Shown here: positions 39,530 to 52,844 of the stretch, piece after piece
Layout of the letters: each line of letters starts with the position of its first letter
Position numbering within the stretch: position 1 is the first letter of the stretch
From: Rhynchobatus australiae
Taxonomy: Eukaryota
Direction: 5' to 3'
NCBI GenBank assembly: GCA_034780895.1
Contig: JAUZTB010000087.1
Location: 101,164,910-101,228,909, forward strand
Length of the DNA: 64,000 bases
The notes under the pieces: model-generated
What the model was told of the DNA's origin: nothing
Databases searched by the model: none
What the model saw: only the letters and a program-made list of their open reading frames with translations
Position numbers and translations under genes: made by a program

Positions 39530-40789
39530 TATATATAAATATTTACTGAGCTAAAATTCCTAGAAGCATTTCCACACAGTGACTGACCTGGTTTACCTCT
39601 ATGTAGATAACACAGGCCAAGAAATTACTGTTTCTAATAAGCACACAGATACTTAGCACCTTTGTATGACTTTTCTCTGCCATAAAACCATTTGAAATAA
39701 GCAAGGTCTCTGTTAAGATAGCGATTAGGGAATAACACATATGTAGCTCAATGGAAATATTCTACCACCTAAAACGTACCATTTCCAAAACTGGCTAATG
39801 TCATTCTTTTGCCATTCCAACAGAAACATTCATTTATTTAAAATAAATAGATAAACATCCATAAAAGTAGTGAACCAAGAGATGGCTTACAACATCACTG
39901 CCAAAATATACCCTTGACTGTTTGTTTGCCAGTATCAGCAGCATTAATTAATGGGTTTGCAATTATAGAATACTTACGTCACGAGCCTCTTGACCAAGGA
40001 AGTACAGTTCACAATGTTACGAATATGTTAAATATTTTTGTACTAATATCATAAATTAATTTCTAAGGTCAAGAATCCTACAGTATTTCAGTTATGCTCT
40101 GTCTAGTTGAGGCACAAAAGTTTTGAAAGAGTCATGTGGATGGAAACACTTAACAACAGTTTTAACAGTTAAAACCAGGGCAGAAACCTGGCTGGCTTGA
40201 GTATTTGGCAATATCAGACTGAACAATCTTTATGACTGGTTATACGGAGGGCTGATGAATTAAAGTCTTTCAGACATAAGTAGTTTATTTGGGGCTTTGA
40301 GCTCTTTTCTAGCTTCCTGTTTTGTAGGAAAGAAAAGACAGCACGTCACGATATCTTAAAAATCTTCATCACCAATTAAATACTATTTTTTGAAGAGCAA
40401 GCTCTGTTCTAATGTAGGAAATATAACAGCTAATATGTGCATAGAAAGTTCCTGTGAGCAACACTAGGTGATGTTGATTGAGGAATAAATGTTGGCCAGG
40501 TCATTGAGAGTAGCCCTTCGACATCATTTTGAGGCAGTGTCGTGGGATCTTTTGACAATCACTTGATGGTGTCACACTTTAATACCTCCCCTCTGGCAGT
40601 GCCGTGGCAGTGCAGCATTCCCTCAAGCTGTCTTACATTTCCGTGTTCATTATCTGGCATCAGACTTCAACCCACAACCTCCTGATTCAGTGGCAAGAAT
40701 GTTTCCACAGCAAAGACACAAAGAATTTTAGTGTTCTGCTTGATGGATTAAAAGCATTTATGTGTTTGGAAGTACATATATATTGATCT

Positions 40790-41378
40790 TTTTGGTGTGG
40801 CTATAGGTGTGGACAGATATTCATAAATATGTGGGTGTGTCTGTGTTGTCATATGTGTATCTGTGTATGTGTGTGTGCGTGGGTGTGTGCTTGTGTGGTT
40901 ATGCATGTGTTTAAATTCATAGAGAGCCATAGGGTTGTAGACACAGAAATGGGCCCTTCAACCCAACATGTCCGTGCCAACTGTTTTGCCTAGTCCCATT
41001 TGCCCACATTAGGTCTGTGTCATTCTATGCCTTGCCTATTCGATTGCCAATCTGTTTGTGTGTTTTTGTGTGTGCATGTGTTTGTGTGCATATTTGTGTG
41101 ACCAGATGTGAGCATGTGCAGATGGGCATGTGTTTGTGTGTGGAGCAGATGTGTGAATATGGTTATGTATCTGTGTGTGCGTGTGTGAACAAATGTGCTG
41201 TATGTGTGCGGGGCTATGAGGGTTGGGGATAGTATGCGACAGATGTGCTGCATGTGTGTGCGCATCTGTGTGTGTGTGTGTGTGCTTGTGTATGTGTGGC
41301 TTTGTGTGTGTGTCTGTCTGTGTCTCTGTGTAAGTGTCTGTGTGTGGGCAGACGTGACTGTGTGTGGTGTGTGGGTGT
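40790..41378. repeat. Degenerate TG-rich low-complexity region with a short CR1 3' tail (about 40918-41040, - strand)
   Basis: Long imperfect (TG)n; the embedded GGCCCTTCAACCCAAC...TAGTCCCATTTGCCCACATT matches the CR1 tail at 47510-47600. Confidence 0.8.
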
Positions 41379-42469
41379 TTATGAAAGCAGAAAGGGTAAA
41401 CAAACAGATGAGCAGTTTTGTTTGGTTCTCACAAACTTGCTCAGTTCTCACAAGGTTAATGTTGAGAATTATACAGCGACATAGATTCATCTGGTTCTGG
41501 CTGCAAAGCCAACTGGAGTCCATCCAAGCAATATGATACATTCTTACTAAATTGATGAGATTCATTATTCTATCATGATTTAAACACTTTCAGCTCTTTC
41601 TTGTGATGTATCTCTACTACAATGGTGACCATACTTCATTCTCACATAAGCCACATCTTTAGTTTTGTCATACTTAAAGCAAATGCCTGGAATGAAGATT
41701 ATAGACATTATCATAAGTTATATGCGTAGGTTGTGCAAAGCAAGTATGTTTATGCCTGAATTGGTGACTGTGTTCCAGTTAGCTTGAACAGCATTTTCCA
41801 CATCCAAATGACAAACTACGCCATCCTTTCTTTGGAATGGACTGAGCATCTGCTTCAAGCTAATTTTGGAGACTGGGAAAGAGTGAGTTAGACTAACAAA
41901 TCTGCGATGCTCTCCAGTCATGAGAGAGTAGCCTAGTTCGCCTGTGGACGCATATATGACACTGCAAGTTGTCTGATGTCAGTGAAAGGAATCTCATCTG
42001 TGGCAGCAGGACGGTTCTAGCATTGACAATGTAAAGGTGGGCTGGCTGGGAACTTCTTGAACTCTCGTTTTATCCTTCAAGGCTGGCTTTGCAGCAATAG
42101 CACAGCTGGTGCGAAGGCTGTGTTATATGATACTCTTTCCTTGAGGTGGTCCTACAGCTGAAGTTAAATCCTGAACTGACACATGTTTGGCTCCAGCAGG
42201 TTTTTCTGCACATTGCTATTGACACAAAGCCAGCATCTCTCTGCAGCCATGCACAGCCTTGTGCAGAACACTCTGCCCATGTCCTGACTCAGAACATCTC
42301 ACTCACCCATCAGCCTCGAGCTCAGTTTTTTACAGTGGTCACTGGCCCATGCGTGCCCTGATTTTAAAATACATTTTTCCCTCAAATCTGTCTTGGCCTT
42401 CCCTTCCCTATTTCTGCAAAACCTCCACCATCTGAACAGCCTTCTGGGATCTCTGCACTCCACCCATCT

Positions 42470-43130
42470 TTGGGGAATCTAGTACTGGGGGGGTAAGNNN
42501 NNNNNNNGGGGGGGGTGCCTTCAGAGTAAGGAGTCGCCTGTTTATAGAGTCAGAGAATCATACATACTTTGGCCCAATGAGTCTGTGTCAACCGTCAAGC
42601 ACCCATTTTCACTAATCCTACATCGCCACATTTCCCTCAACTTCTCCCCTCCCTCAGATTCTACCTCTCACCTCCACCTTGGGGGCAACATACAGTGGTC
42701 AGTTAACCTGCCAACCCACATGTCTTTGCGAAGTGAGCGGAAACTGGAGCCCTCAAGAGAAACGCTCACATGTGCAGGGAGAATGTGCAAACTCCACATA
42801 GACAGTAGCAGAGGTCAGGATTGAACCCAGATCACTGGCACTGCCACACCACTGTGCCATCTACTTAGTGTGGAGGGCGTTAAGAAGGAATTTCTTCCCT
42901 CAGAATGTAGGCAACCTTTGGGAGTCCCCAACCCAAAGAGCTATGGAGTCCCTATCACTGAATATATTCAAGGTCAACAAAGATCAGTTTTTGGACTGTT
43001 GGGGAATCGAGGGTTATGGGGAACAAGCAAAGAGGAGTTGAGAGCAAGATCAGACTAGCCATGGTCTTATGGACCAGTAGAAGTGGCTGAAGAGGTCACA
43101 CAGCCAACTTATTCTCCTAGTTCATATGTT
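42470..43130 (+). mobile_element. CR1 3' fragment interrupted by an antisense V-SINE (about 42545-42860)
   Basis: CR1-like GAATTTCTTCCCTCAG...AATATATTCAAGG...AGCCATG...TCCTAGTTCATATGTT; SINE AGAATGTGCAAACTCCACATAGACAG...CAGGATTGAACCC. Confidence 0.65.
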
Positions 43131-43149
43131 AATCCCCTCTTCCTAGGCA

Positions 43150-43520
43150 GCCTTTTGGGGATGACTTGCTTCCACTATGGCTTTGTGGGTTCTGAGGTGA
43201 CAACTGAGGCCAATAGGAGAGCAGCAGACTCCTCCACAGGAGGTGGCTGATGGGGCTGGCGTAACTTGTGTGGTGTCTGCTCCTTCTGTGTGTGCTCCCG
43301 ATTCATCGACTCCCGGTTCTCAATACAATCCTGAATGCTCCTTCTTCACTTTGAGAGCTCATGCGGCAGAGGTTCCCAGAAATCTGCGGGGACATTGATT
43401 CCACTTCTTCAGGGAATCTTTGAGCACATCTTTGAATATTTTCCTCTATCTACCTGGTAACCTCCTCCTATGACAGAACTTGGAATAAGAGTGCCTGTTT
43501 CAGGAGTCTAGAGTCTGGTG
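43150..43520 (-). mobile_element. Decayed RTE-like LINE 3' fragment
   Basis: Resembles 47430-47485 and 48096-48350, e.g. CTTCCACT..G..TGTGGGT.TGAGG. Confidence 0.4.
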
Positions 43521-44004
43521 TATGGTGGCCATGTCATTTGCCCACCCAACACCAAACTACGTCAATCATTCCACCACTGGCAGCTGTACCTTCAGCTGGA
43601 GATATGCTAACCTCTGGAATTCTTACCCTAGGTTTGTCTGACTCTTTACCTCTCTCCTTTTCATTAAGATACTCCTTAAAAGGTAGTCCTTTCACCTGTC
43701 CTGGTATCTGTTTATATGGCTTAGTGTCAAATTTTGTTTGATAACACCCCTGGGATATTTTACGAAATTAACTCTGTGCAAATTGTATTTAAATCTCAAA
43801 ACCGAATATTACTCAAATAAAGTTTGAAAACTGAAACTGTGAGCTGGGGCTGAGAAGCTTCAGATTTCACACTATTATTAATCTTTTGAACAAGTCAGTC
43901 ACAGGAATGCAGATGCAACTTTAGAATTGGTCTCAGGCTCTTTGGATATCCTTGTGCTGCTCCTTTTAAACATTCTCAAGGACTGTACTTTATCTGTCTC
44001 ATCA

Positions 44005-44350
44005 ACACAATGGCATAGCAGATAGTGCTGCAACCTCATAGCTCCAGGGACCCGGGCTCAATCCTTACCTCAGGTGCTGCCTGTGTGGAGTTTGCACGTG
44101 CTCCCTGTGATCATGTGGGTTTCTAACCTCTGCTTTGTTTTCCTCCCACATCCCAAAGGTGTGCTGGTAGGTTAGTTGGCGACTGTAAATTACCCCCAAG
44201 CTAGCTAATGTGCAAAAGGATGGGAAAGGGAGTTGATGTGAGAGGAAATGAGTTGCAATGCTACAGAGGAGAGACGGAGTGGGACTGATGAGATTGTTGG
44301 TTGTGAGGCAGCATGGAACCAACAGGCTGAATCGCCACCATCTGTGCAGT
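44005..44350 (+). mobile_element. Diverged V-SINE
   Basis: CCCGGGCTCAATCC and TGTGGAGTTTGCACGTGCTCCCTGTGATCATGTGGGTTTC...TTTCCTCCCACATCCCAAAG. Confidence 0.75.
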
Positions 44351-47300
44351 ACTATGTAAGTTTCCCATAGGCTTCAGTTCCAAAGGGGAAATAATGCTTC
44401 ATCACCTCATCCACTATTCATGTCCTTGGAAGGCTATTTGATAAGGAAGTTATTGTATTAGACATCGTGATGTCTTTACACAAAATGTATAAGAACATAC
44501 AAATATTCTCGTCAGAGTTCTCTGAAGCAGCTGTCTCTAATTCTAGTTGTCCTGATAGCTGAATTGGATTGTACTGAGGGATTGACACATTGCCAGAGAT
44601 GTTTTGTTTCAAATCAGGCATTAAACCAGCAAATCACCTGGTTTCTCCATAGACAGAACATAATTCAAAGACCAAGTAGCTCCCTTGATGTCTGAAGCAA
44701 TGCCTGTCCCTGAACCGTTTCCACCAAGAAGAGCTCATTCTTTCTGTTAGTGGGTTAAGTGGGCCACAAGCAGCTTAATGGAGAAGCAGGAACATGTTAA
44801 ATGATGTGAAAGATCATCTCTGTGAAGCAATGCAAGTCATTAGAAAAGTAAGATTGTGCAAATAACAAAGATGATGAAAAAGGGAGGAGAAGTACCGGGT
44901 CCGATTTGAAAACAGGATGTGGTGAAAGCAGTCGATGTGCCCGTCTTGGAAAAGAACATCAGGCAGAGAACCCTCTGACAGAGCTGGACTTCACACTTGG
45001 CATCCACTCCCCCACTGGATGTCAATGGATCCAGTCCACATCTCTCTGCCAACCCCCTCTGCTCTGTTCACAAGGGTGGCCCACTTCCTCCCTTGGTCTC
45101 ACACTTTACTACATCTTCCTATTCCCATTTTCACTTCCTAATCTTTGTCCGACTCAATGTAAGTATGTTTGTGACTTAGAATTTTCAGATTTCAGTCCAT
45201 AATTAATCTCTTGAACGAGTCACAGGTTTGCAGACTCAACTACAGAAATGATTTCCAAGTTCTTGAATCTTCTCATGTTGCTTCCTTCATGATTCTTGAG
45301 GACTGTGATCTTGTTTACAGTGTGAACTTTAGAAACAGAACTTTATTCTAGGCACATTCCAACTATCCTATCTTGTGAGGTCTCAATAAATATTAAAAAG
45401 TACAATAATGCAGAGTGGTTGGCCTTTATTGTCTGGCCTGCCCCCTGGTGGTCACTTGTTTGCTACTTTTACTTCAACAGCAGGAATATCTTGAGGGATT
45501 AATCTGCATTGTGCATCAATGGTTAATGTCTGTGGTGGAGAGATTTGCTGCTGCTCTGTAGTGCTAAGTGTGTGGGGGAGCATTGACTGTGGGCTGCAAT
45601 CGCTTCCACACATTTGATTCTGTGGCCTTCAATGGAACTAACTGTGTGAAGCTCCGTATAACCTGTGGGTAACACCACCACACACATTTAGAACTCCTGA
45701 TCTAAGACAGATTGCTCCACTTGCAGTTTTGGTTCAAACCCATAGTGAACACATAGTTGGAATAGTGAACAGAGGAATTTCACACTAAATGCTTTAGTGT
45801 AGCCTGTATTTTGATGACCATTGCCGCAACAATGTAAATGAGCTATCCTTAGTTTAAATATACAGTGTCCCCTGCAGTCATACCCACCTCATAGAAGAGC
45901 ACTTCAGAGGTTTTAACAAAGGTAGCCAGAGGATAAGAAAATTAATATTTAAGATAATCTTCTCCTCTTCTGCTGCCAGCAATTACTGAGCCCATGTATC
46001 AGAATAAAAAGCACAGGTGCTTAATGTAGTTTACTCTATTTACTAACTGAACTGGCTGGGCAGTTCAGTGGGCTCTGTGATGGACACATTATCTTTTGTG
46101 CCTGGCATTTGGATCCTTGCATGCACTGCATTTTGCCGAGTGGGGAGAAGTGGGTTACTTCCCTTCTAGTGTGAAAGGTTAATCTATCAATGTATTCATT
46201 TTCAATNNNNNNNNNNNNNNNNNNNNNNNNNNNNNNNNNNNNNNNNNNNNNNNNNNNNNNNNNNNNNNNNNNNNNNNNNNNNNNNNNNNNNNNNNNNNNN
46301 NNNNNNNNNNNNNNNNNNNNNNNNNNNNNNNNNNNNNNNNNNNNNNNNNNNNNNNNNNNNNNNNNNNNNNNNNNNNNNNNNNNNNNNNNNNNNNNNNNNN
46401 NNNNNNNNNNNNNNNNNNNNNNNNNNNNNNNNNNNNNNNNNNNNNNNNNNNNNNNNNNNNNNNNNNNNNNNNNNNNNNNNNNNNNNNNNNNNNNNNNNNN
46501 NNNNNNNNNNNNNNNNNNNNNNNNNNNNNNNNNNNNNNNNNNNNNNNNNNNNNNNNNNNNNNNNNNNNNNNNNNNNNNNNNNNNNNNNNNNNNNNNNNNN
46601 NNNNNNNNNNNNNNNNNNNNNNNNNNNNNNNNNNNNNNNNNNNNNNNNNNNNNNNNNNNNNNNNNNNNNNNNNNNNNNNNNNNNNNNNNNNNNNNNNNNN
46701 NNNNNNNNNNNNNNNNNNNNNNNNNNNNNNNNNNNNNNNNNNNNNNNNNNNNNNNNNNNNNNNNNNNNNNNNNNNNNNNNNNNNNNNNNNNNNNNNCTAT
46801 CAATGTATTCATTTTCAATAAGGTTTATTTTACCAGCTGACCCCCAGGAGCTCAAAGAGCAAATTGTAAATATTTTAATAACTGAGGAAGTGTGAAACAG
46901 TCACCTAGTCTGTGGTTGGTCTCACCAATGTGGAGGAGGCCACCAAATTGGTTTGATTTGTGAGACCAAAGTCTCTTCCCCAAATCAGACATTTTTACTT
47001 GTTTTAGGAAATACCAAATCTAGTCATAATTATTACAAATATGTACTGCTAAGCTCCAGTTTGTCTTAGATGGGAAAATACTAATGCAGTTGTTTCCTGT
47101 TGTATTTTATGCAAGTCACTCCATGCGTACATCACGGATAACTGGTAAATATGTCTGCATAAGTGTTGACACTTGCATACTTCTGTGCTCAAGTTCAGTG
47201 TTGGGTACAGAGGAAAGTAGTCACTGTGACACATAGGAAAGAATATATTCTGGGTACCACCCTGGCATTCTTTCCAAAAGTGAAATGTTCTTAGCTATTG

Positions 47301-47489
47301 CTTTACATCCCGGGTGTTAATTATGAAGATGAACTACGATTGTATCAATGCAGTGTGTAGTTGTGAATGGATATTCTGATAGTTTGTTGTTGCATCGGTT
47401 TCCTCCTTCTTCCTAGACACTCTCCTGGGGATGGTTAGCTTCCACTTCAGTCCTGTGGGTTTGAGGCAGCTGAACAGTCTTATGTGGGA

Positions 47490-48095
47490 TAGAGTCAGGC
47501 ACGGAAACAGGCCCTTTGGGTCAACCAGTCCATGCCAACCATGGTGCCAATCTAAGCCAGTCCCATTTGCCCACATTTGGCCCATATCCCTCTAAACCTT
47601 TNNNNNNNNNNNNNNNNNNNNNNNNNNNNNNNNNNNNNNNNNNNNNNNNNNNNNNNNNNNNNNNNNNNNNNNNNNNNNNNNNNNNNNNNNNNNNNNNNNN
47701 NAGTCCCATTTGCCCACATTTGGCCCATATCCCTCTAAACCTTTCCTATCCACGTACCTGTCCAAGTGTCTTTTAAATGTTACTAATGTACCTGCCTCAA
47801 CCATTCCCTCTAGCAGCTCATCCCATATACAGACCACCCTATGGGTGTAAAACTTGCCCCTCAGGTTCCTATTAAATCTCTCCCCTCTCAGCTTAAACCC
47901 ATGCCCTCGTGTTCTTGATTCCCCAACCCTGGGAAGAACACTGCATGCATTCACCCTATCTAGGCCTCTCATAATTTTCTACACCTCTTTTAACACAATC
48001 CCTCATTCTCCTATGCTCCAATGAATAAAATCCTAACCCCTCCCTATAACTCAGTCCCTTGAGTCCTGGCAACATCCTCGTAAACCTTTTCTGCA
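47490..48095 (-). mobile_element. CR1/HER1-type LINE 3' end inserted into an RTE remnant
   Basis: ORF 47592-47972(-) MRGLDRVN...ESRTRGHGFKLRGERFNRNLRGKFYTHRVVCIWDEL...TFKRHLDRY. Confidence 0.9.
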
Positions 48096-49760
48096 GACTG
48101 TGTTTGATAATGTGGGTGAGTGGATGAGAGCTTGTGCACTCCTGCTGTCAGTGCATGGCCTCTGTACTTTCCTGTCAAGGAGACTCAAAGTGGTGTGGGC
48201 GGTCGCATTTTGAGTGGCCATGGGACAAAGATTCTCATGTGTCAGCGAGGGTCTTACACTTTTTCAATGATACTATGTAAATATCCTTGAAGCATTTTCT
48301 CTGCCCTCTTGTAGGGACTTCTTGCAGGGACAGAGCTCAAAATAATGTACTTGTCTATGTGGTTAGTCATGTGTATGATACAATCTGGTTAAACTGGTTT
48401 AAGCACAATCAGAGTCTCGATGCTGAGAATAGGAAGCTGACATTGGCCCAGCTCTCCTGCCAATGGATTTGGATAACCTCATGGAGACAGCATTGGTGAC
48501 ACTTCTCCAGTGATTTAATTTGATGGTAATTCTGAAGCGTTGAGGAAAATGAGGATCACTGCTCACTGCAGTCATGGGTAAGAGGTCTTGGACTTTGAGC
48601 ACTTATTTTTTCAGTCAGCCCGAGGGATCGCTGGTGCATTGGGGGCAGTGGTGAATTTTGTCATCAACTTTTGTGCTCGCTAAGTTGCAGCTGACTCTGG
48701 AAACTTGAAAACTTTTCTGTGGTCACACCAGAGATCGCTGTGTTGTTTGGCATGGGCAGGTTGGAAGGGGACCTTTGCCCTCTGAATGTGTATTGTAAAG
48801 CCAGTCCTTTAGTCCACTCAGATGAAGGGGTCGATGATGAATTGGAGCTCGGCCTCCAAGTGTGCATGTATACAAACAACATCAATAGACTGTAATACGA
48901 TGACTGAGGTTGGAGTAGCCTCAGATATGGAGTGGAACCAATGAAGATAACAGCTTCTTGCTCATCCTATAGAGTATCTCCAGTCAGGTAGAAAGGTGGT
49001 TGGAGGCGATGCGCAGTATTGTGATGAGGATGATTGAGAAGAGATTAGTAAAATGACACAGTCTTGCTTAATCCTAGTTTGCACTGTGATTGAGTCTGTA
49101 GTGGACCAACTGGTTAAAATCATGGGAGGACATCATCATTCATCATGATACTGAATTTTTGAGGAAAGCTGTATTTGTGATGGATTCTTTCTTATCCTTC
49201 TCAGCTAATGAAGGGTACTCTGAGGCCAAATACTATGGTTGGTGCTGCCCTGCATACTTGAACATTACACAATGAAAGTCACATCCATTGTTCTTCAACA
49301 TGTAAAGAATCTACACTGCACCTCTGGGAGGGCCACTCTGCCCTCTGGGAGGAGGCTGTTGAGAAGATTCTAGTAATTACTGTACTTGTGGCAAATAGCA
49401 AAGACACTCTTTCCTTGAGTGTGGTCATGACTACAATGTGTCTGACTTCTCCCGACCTCCTCCTCTTCAGTGAGGCCATAAACTTGGATTGGAAGTACTT
49501 CACCATGCTTTAGTACCTCAGCAGAGATCTCACCTGCTCCAAAGACCTTATTGTTTCTCATCTGGCCGATGTCTTTTCCAGCCTATTGCCAGGTTGCAGC
49601 TGTCTTCATATTGCGGCAGATACTGCGCTGTGGAATGGAGTCGAGGACCATTGCATCAAAACTAGAGTGTCAGTTGAGGAGACTGCTGAAGGAGGTGTTG
49701 TCTGCCTCTTCAGTTTTCCAGTCTTGGCTCTAAATTTATTCAAGAGCTCACATACTGCTA
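48096..49760 (-). mobile_element. Decayed RTE-clade LINE (RT region); probably continues at about 47340-47485
   Basis: NKVFGAGEISAEVLKHG resembles KAPGxDGIPAEVLK; revcomp of about 49030-49085 gives IKQDCVI, resembling GVKQGCVI. Confidence 0.65.
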
Positions 49761-50164
49761 CTGCCCCTCACTCTAACACGAGCAGAGAGAACTACACGAG
49801 GTAATCTGATCTGAATTCGAGCTCAAGGCCAGACTAGAAACTAAACCTGGTTTGCCTGTCCACACAAGCCTTTCTAGCCTTCACCAATTTTAAACTCATT
49901 TTGTATTCTTTGATGATGAATTTCAACAGCATTCCCTACAAATGTGTTTCCCACAAAGGCTATGAAAATGAGTAACAGAAAAAGGAAGTTGGACCGACAC
50001 CAACCAACTGTGAGACTTCCTTCAATAGTTTTCATTTGTTTTCATTTCGCTGCTCATTCTCTTCATATGTTCTTTAGCTCCTTATTTCTGTCTTTTTTTT
50101 TATTTTTAGCTCTTCTTGCTTTTCATTCTTGCCAGGTGGTTTTCTTTTCTCTTATTTATCCATT

Positions 50165-50950
50165 TACAGGAGGTAAGACCAGCATTTATTCCCCACTTCT
50201 AATAACCCTTGAGAAGGAGCCACCTTCTTGACTGCTGCAATTCTTCTGATGAAGGTACTTCCATAGTATTGTTGGTTAGGGAGATCCAGGATATAGACCC
50301 AGCAATGATGACTGGTTTCCATGTAAGGATGTTGTGCAACATGGCAGGGCAACCTACAAGTGGTGATGTTCCTGAGTGCCTGTGTCCTCCTTGGTGATAA
50401 AACTTGAGGGTTTGGGAGCTGCTTTGGAAGAAGCCTTGGTGAATAATTGTAAGTGGTACACATTAAATCCTGAGTGCACTGGTGGAGGCAGTAAATGTGT
50501 AGAGTGGCAAATGGTTTGTCACAACTAAGCAAGCTACTTTTTTCTGGATGGTGTCAAAGTTGTTGAATGTAGGTGAAAATGCACTCATCCAGGCAGGTAG
50601 AGAGTATTCCATCACATTCCTGATGTACTCTGTAGATGGGATCTCAAGAGGTGAGTCAGTCGCCTCACCCAGGTCACCCAGCCTTTCACCTGCTCTTGTG
50701 GCCACAGTATTTATATGGTTGGTTCAGTTAAATTTCTGGCCAGTGGTGACTCTCAGGACGGTCAAGAAGAGGGGCTCAGTGATGATGATGTCATTGAATG
50801 TCCCTGTCTTGTGGGAGATGACCTTTGCTTGGCACTTGTGTGGGATAGATATTACTTGCCACTAATCAGCCAGGTCTGAATGCTGTTTGGCTCCTGCTGC
50901 TTGTAGCTGTGGAATTCTTCATTTTTTGAGAAGATGTGAATGGAATTAAA
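50165..50950 (-). mobile_element. Old CR1/L2-clade LINE 3' part (family of 16835-18160)
   Basis: ATRAGERLGDL...IRNVMEYSLPAWMSA...FDTIQKK; tail CCAGCATTTATTCCCCAC..CTAAT..CCCTTGAGAAGG. Confidence 0.75.
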
Positions 50951-52469
50951 TGTTGCGTAATCACTTTTTCCCTTTTTTTCTCATATTCTACTGTGCCTTC
51001 TTTCTGATCCTTCTCCCCATTCCCACTCCAGTTATCACATTTCCTGGTTATTCATCCATTCCTGACCATTATTCCCTCTCTCCATCATTGTTGTTTCTTT
51101 TCTGTTTACCGGTTCCCCTTTTGCAATCCACACCCACTCTTGGCTCCACCATCATTCACTAGCCACCCTTCAGTCTCTGGACACTGAATACCTCATCAAC
51201 GCAGTGCTTCATGTCAAAATGAGAGTTTCAGTTAGCTCCAACAACAGAGCAATATTTATCAGAGACGTTAATCCCTGTAACTGCTTCGAAATAATTATTT
51301 ATACCATAATGATTATGCAAGATTTAACATCAGCAGCTTGCTTAAAGTGCAAGCCATTGGTTAAAAGTTTTTACTGATGGTGTAATACAGAGTTAGGAAG
51401 TTATCACAAGCTTGTTTCAGACTTGGGGCATGGATCACTTACAATAATAACAAAGTTAGAGACAAGACTAAGAGTCTCACAGCATTTGGCATAGTATTTA
51501 AATGAATTGAGATTTTCCGAATAGAAAACTTAATGCTTGTTTGTTCAATAATCTGTGTGACATTGAGAGACTTTCCTAAAACACCTATTCAAGTGTGATA
51601 GAATGAGAGGCAACTTGCACAGAATTTTATTCAGATTGACTGAGGAAACTGTTATGGCTGATAGAGCAAACATAGGTAATTATGTATTCCCCTAAATAAA
51701 AATGAGATTGATATGAGATAATGTTCCCAGTAAAGGTTTCACATCACTGATGTTCAATATGCTCATGGTTCTTACTGGATGCAATTGAGCTGCCAACTTT
51801 AATATTGAGTGAGTTTAAAAACTCAGTCCTACCAATGCAAAAATGGCAGTTCTGTTAAATACTTGGCCATCAGTGAATCCAATAAAGAGCTTACTTTCTG
51901 CTAGTTGCTCATCAGTCGTGCATTTTACTGTAGTGGGTAGTGCTGATTCACTTCCGCACCAACTACTTCCTCAGAATTTACATTCCAGCTGCAAGAAGGG
52001 CAAGTCTGTTCATCGTTGTTGAACGCCAGACTGAGCCACAGATTTTGTTGACTCATGAACCCCTCACTAAAAGACAGATCTTGCACAAAGTAATGATCCC
52101 AACTGGCTTTCATCACTGATCTTTATTTTCTGTTTCTTCTGGGAGGGGAGGATAAGCCTGAGACATAGTCTCCTCCATGGCCATCGCCATCTGTTGTCGA
52201 CTAAGCAGGAAGATTTCTTCATGGACAGGATTGGTGCACAACTACCTGGCTCAATGAGGAGTATCACATTTTATGACTCTGGGGTACAGTTTGACTGTGA
52301 ACTTTGAAGTCTTGAATTTTAACAAGAACATCAAAGGAGGAGTACTGTCCATTTATTGTTCATGCAGTTGCCCACAGACATTCTTTGCCTTTTTGAGCTG
52401 CAAATTATTAGACTTAGAGATGATTTGCAGCATGCTGTGCTGTGTGCAACCAGACAACCACAAGCATTT

Positions 52470-52800
52470 GTTATATTAACACGAGGGGACATAATTTTAA
52501 GGTGATTGGAGGAAGGTATAAGGGGGATGTCAGGGGTAAGTTTTTTACACAGANNNNNNNNNNNNNNNNNNNNNNNNNNNNNNNNNNNNNNNNNNNNNNN
52601 NNNNNNNNNNNNNNNNNNNNNNNNNNNNNNNNNNNNNNNNNNNNNNNNNNNNNNNNNNNNNNNNNNNNNNNNNNNNNNNNNNNNNNNNNNNNNNNNNNNN
52701 NNNNNNNNNNNNNNNNNNNNNNNNNNNNNNNNNNNNNNNNNNNNNNNNNNNNNNTATGTTCTAATGCTGGGCATTGGTGCTGTAATGTTCTATGTTCTAA
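52470..52800 (+). mobile_element. CR1 3' end spanning a gap
   Basis: NTRGHNFKVIGGRYKGDVRGKFFTQ; (TGTTCTA)n tail after the gap. Confidence 0.85.
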
Positions 52801-52844
52801 TGCAATGTTATTCTGTTGCTAAGATGAGCCTGTATTCCTTTAAG

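Noticed and set aside
41017-41565. 181-aa His/Thr-rich and Cys/Val-rich ORFs
   Set aside because: Translations of degenerate (TG)n/(CA)n sequence.
47559-47744. Direct repeat on both sides of a 100-N gap
   Set aside because: Lies inside a CR1 element that reads continuously when the copies are merged; contig-overlap artefact.
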